The notes under the pieces are model-generated. The model was given only the letters and a program-made list of their open reading frames with translations. It was not told the origin of the DNA and searched no databases. DNA of 64,000 bases from an uncultured delta proteobacterium (lineage in GTDB: Bacteria; Myxococcota_A; UBA9160; SMWR01), in the NCBI GenBank assembly GCA_963832165.1, contig CAWHTE010000003.1, forward strand, positions 384,001 through 448,000, in the 5' to 3' direction. Below, one piece after another: positions 61,950-64,000 of this stretch. A program made the translations under genes and the position numbers. How positions within the stretch are numbered: position 1 is the stretch's first letter; the number at the start of each line of letters is the position of its first letter.

Positions 61950-62794
61950 GTGCCACTCCTTCCAGCCGTGGCGCGCGCGCGCGCCTGCGTCAGGACGTCG
62001 GCGGGTACCGGGTCGAACGCGGCCATCGCGCGCCGCAACAATCCGGGCGCGATGGAGCGCAACAGACGCGCGACGAACAGCGACGCGCTGTGGCGCGGCG
62101 CCGTCCGCTCGTAGCGCCGCTTCTCGACGCATTCGAGGATCGCGTCGACCACGATGCGGGGTGAGTGTTTTCTCCCGTTGAACGCAGGCGGCTCGTCGAG
62201 CTTCCCCCAGATCTCGGTGTCGATCGCGCCCGGGTTCACGATCGCGACGTGCACACCCGAGCCGTGGAGATCGTGCCAGAGTCCCTCGCTCCAGGCGTTC
62301 AGCGCTGCCTTCGACGCCGCGTAGATCGCCTCGCGCGGCGGTGCCACGAGCGCGGCGAACGACGACACGTTCACGATCACGCCGCCGCCCTGCGCGAGCA
62401 TGGGCGGAATCGCCGCGAGCGTGGTCCAGACCGCGGAGAGGAAGTTCACGCGCATCACGGTCTCGGCTTCGTCGGGCGACAGGTCGTAGACCGGCTTGTG
62501 CTTCGGGATCGCGGCGTTGTTCACGAGCACGTCGATGCGGCCGTGGCGCGCGAGCGTCTCCGCGACGATCTGCTCCGCCATCTTGCGATCACCGAGGTCA
62601 CCCGCGATGAACGAGGCGCGCTGCGGGAGACTTGCGTTACACGCGGCGACGAGCTCGCGCAGGCGGTCTTCGCGGCGTGCGACACCCACCACGCGCGCGC
62701 CGCGCTGTGCGAACGCGAGCGCGGTCTCGTAGCCGATGCCCGACGAAGCACCGGTCACGAGTGCGACGGCGTTCTGCCAGTCCAGTCGGCTCAC
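61946..62794 (-). CDS. Short-chain dehydrogenase/reductase
   Basis: TGASSGIG, VARR, NNAA, YAASKAA. Confidence 0.9.
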   Translation of the reverse strand: MSRLDWQNAVALVTGASSGIGYETALAFAQRGARVVGVARREDRLRELVAACNASLPQRASFIAGDLGDRKMAEQIVAETLARHGRIDVLVNNAAIPKHKPVYDLSPDEAETVMRVNFLSAVWTTLAAIPPMLAQGGGVIVNVSSFAALVAPPREAIYAASKAALNAWSEGLWHDLHGSGVHVAIVNPGAIDTEIWGKLDEPPAFNGRKHSPRIVVDAILECVEKRRYERTAPRHSASLFVARLLRSIAPGLLRRAMAAFDPVPADVLTQARARATAGRSGT

Positions 62795-63582
62795 GGCGTC
62801 CCGAGCCGCGCGAGCTCGCGCCGGGCGGTCTGCTTCATGAAGTCGCAGAACAGGCGCTCGGTATTGGCGGTGCAGGGCAGCGCCACGGTGCGCTCGAAGT
62901 GGGTGCGAGCCCGCGCTGCGTCGCCGTCGCGCGCCCAGAATACGGCGAATACGTAGTGATTGCGCACCGAGGCCGGTGCGATCTTCAGGGTCTTCTCGAA
63001 TTGCTCGAGCGCCACATCGCGATCGTGCACGGGCCACGGCGCCACCATGTAGAAGTTGGCCAGCAGCGATGCGCCGAGTCCGTCGTCGAACTTCGGGTCG
63101 AGGTCCACCAGGCGCTGCGCGTGGGTCCTGTACTCGCCGCCCGCGCCAGAAACGATCGAGCGGATGATCCCGAGGCTCGACACATAGAACATGTACGAGG
63201 TGGCGAGCGCTGCCGCGGCCTCCACCGACTGCGGCCGCAGCTTCTCCGCCGCGCGCGCGTGCTCGAGTGCGCGGGCGCCGAGATCGGCCCACAGCGCGCG
63301 GTTGGCAGCGGTGTCCTGGAGCCCATCGACGAGCGGCAGGTTTCCGTTGCTGCGAATGGCCATCACCTGGGACAGCGCCACGGCCGTGCCCAGGCGCAGA
63401 TCGAAGTTCGCGGGCTCCTTGGCCGCGCGCGCCTCGAGGACCCGCGCCACGCGCTCGAGCTCCTCGAGCTTCGTGCTCTCGCGCAGCACGATCTCCTCGG
63501 GTGTCGGCTCGGAGGACGCGATCACCGGTGCCGCGAGCACCGCGGCGAATACGCATGCGCGGATGAGTCGGAATCGCAGCAC
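62791..63582 (-). CDS. Secreted alpha-helical TPR-like protein (TatT-like features)
   Basis: Signal peptide after GAAGGAG-GTG; LDPKFDDG..LLANFYMVAPWP..D..ALEQFEKTLKIAP. Confidence 0.65.
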   Translation of the reverse strand: MLRFRLIRACVFAAVLAAPVIASSEPTPEEIVLRESTKLEELERVARVLEARAAKEPANFDLRLGTAVALSQVMAIRSNGNLPLVDGLQDTAANRALWADLGARALEHARAAEKLRPQSVEAAAALATSYMFYVSSLGIIRSIVSGAGGEYRTHAQRLVDLDPKFDDGLGASLLANFYMVAPWPVHDRDVALEQFEKTLKIAPASVRNHYVFAVFWARDGDAARARTHFERTVALPCTANTERLFCDFMKQTARRELARLGTP

Positions 63583-63650
63583 GGTGGCTCCTTCGCGGGA
63601 GTTCTTCGGGCCGCGTAGCATATCGCCTCTCACTAGTGGAGGGAGCGAGC

Positions 63651-64000
63651 TTGGATACGTTGCTGCGCGCGGGGGCATTCGAGGGCGAGACCCACATCGT
63701 CACGGGGGCAGGGCAGGGGATCGGCCGCGCGATCGCGCGGCAGCTCGCCGCGCACGGCGCGCAGGTGGTGCTCGTGGACGTCGAAGCGGGCAACCTCGCG
63801 CGCGCTTCGAACGAGATCTCGGACCAGGGAGCGCTGCGCCCGATCACCGCGGCGATCGACGTCACGGACGAGGGCGCGGTTGTGGACACCGTGCGGCGCG
63901 CGCTCGAGGCCACCGGCTGCATCAACGGCGTGGTCAACGTGGCTGGCATCGCGCGCGACGCGCGCATCATCAAGAAGAGCTATGGCGAGTTCAAGACCGT
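63651..64000 (+). CDS. SDR / 3-oxoacyl-ACP reductase-like (3' partial)
   Basis: GGAGGGAG RBS, TTG start; IVTGAGQGIGRAIA, VNVAGIARDA; not in the ORF track because it is truncated. Confidence 0.85.
   Translation, partial: MDTLLRAGAFEGETHIVTGAGQGIGRAIARQLAAHGAQVVLVDVEAGNLARASNEISDQGALRPITAAIDVTDEGAVVDTVRRALEATGCINGVVNVAGIARDARIIKKSYGEFKT

Overview
Very GC-rich bacterial chromosomal window. The giant TPR proteins, TPR-Ser/Thr kinase, PilZ protein, sigma54 system and PEP-CTERM protein suggest Myxococcota or a related deltaproteobacterium (inference). Core content: TPR-kinase, lpxC, PilZ plus a 2345-aa TPR protein, NtrY/NtrX-like pair with pyrK-pyrD, rimP-nusA-infB-DUF503-rbfA-truB-rpsO-pnp-dut-cdsA, a purine cluster (purB,S,C,Q,L,F), GlnA4-like ligase + SDR, nadB, lytic transglycosylase-pgsA-nucleotide-sugar dehydrogenase-tRNA-Gly, otsAB/GH15 trehalose genes and an MMPL-SDR-TPR unit. 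Two accessory patches (about 16.4-21.3 kb and 43.3-46.0 kb) encode secreted proteins. No integrase, transposase, CRISPR array or rRNA was seen. The most interesting signals are: (1) a dispersed ~29-nt hairpin repeat with compensatory changes lying just upstream of four start codons; (2) a complete sigma54 enhancer/IHF/promoter architecture before lpxC; (3) a cluster of highly structured elements at 59.27-59.74 kb; (4) an 890-aa thaumatin/GH64-like secreted protein. Six reading-frame anomalies (cdsA, purC, GT-C gene, purQ/purL, rbfA/truB, PEP-CTERM gene) are best explained as single-base assembly errors. All calls come from reading motifs by eye; no database searches were run.
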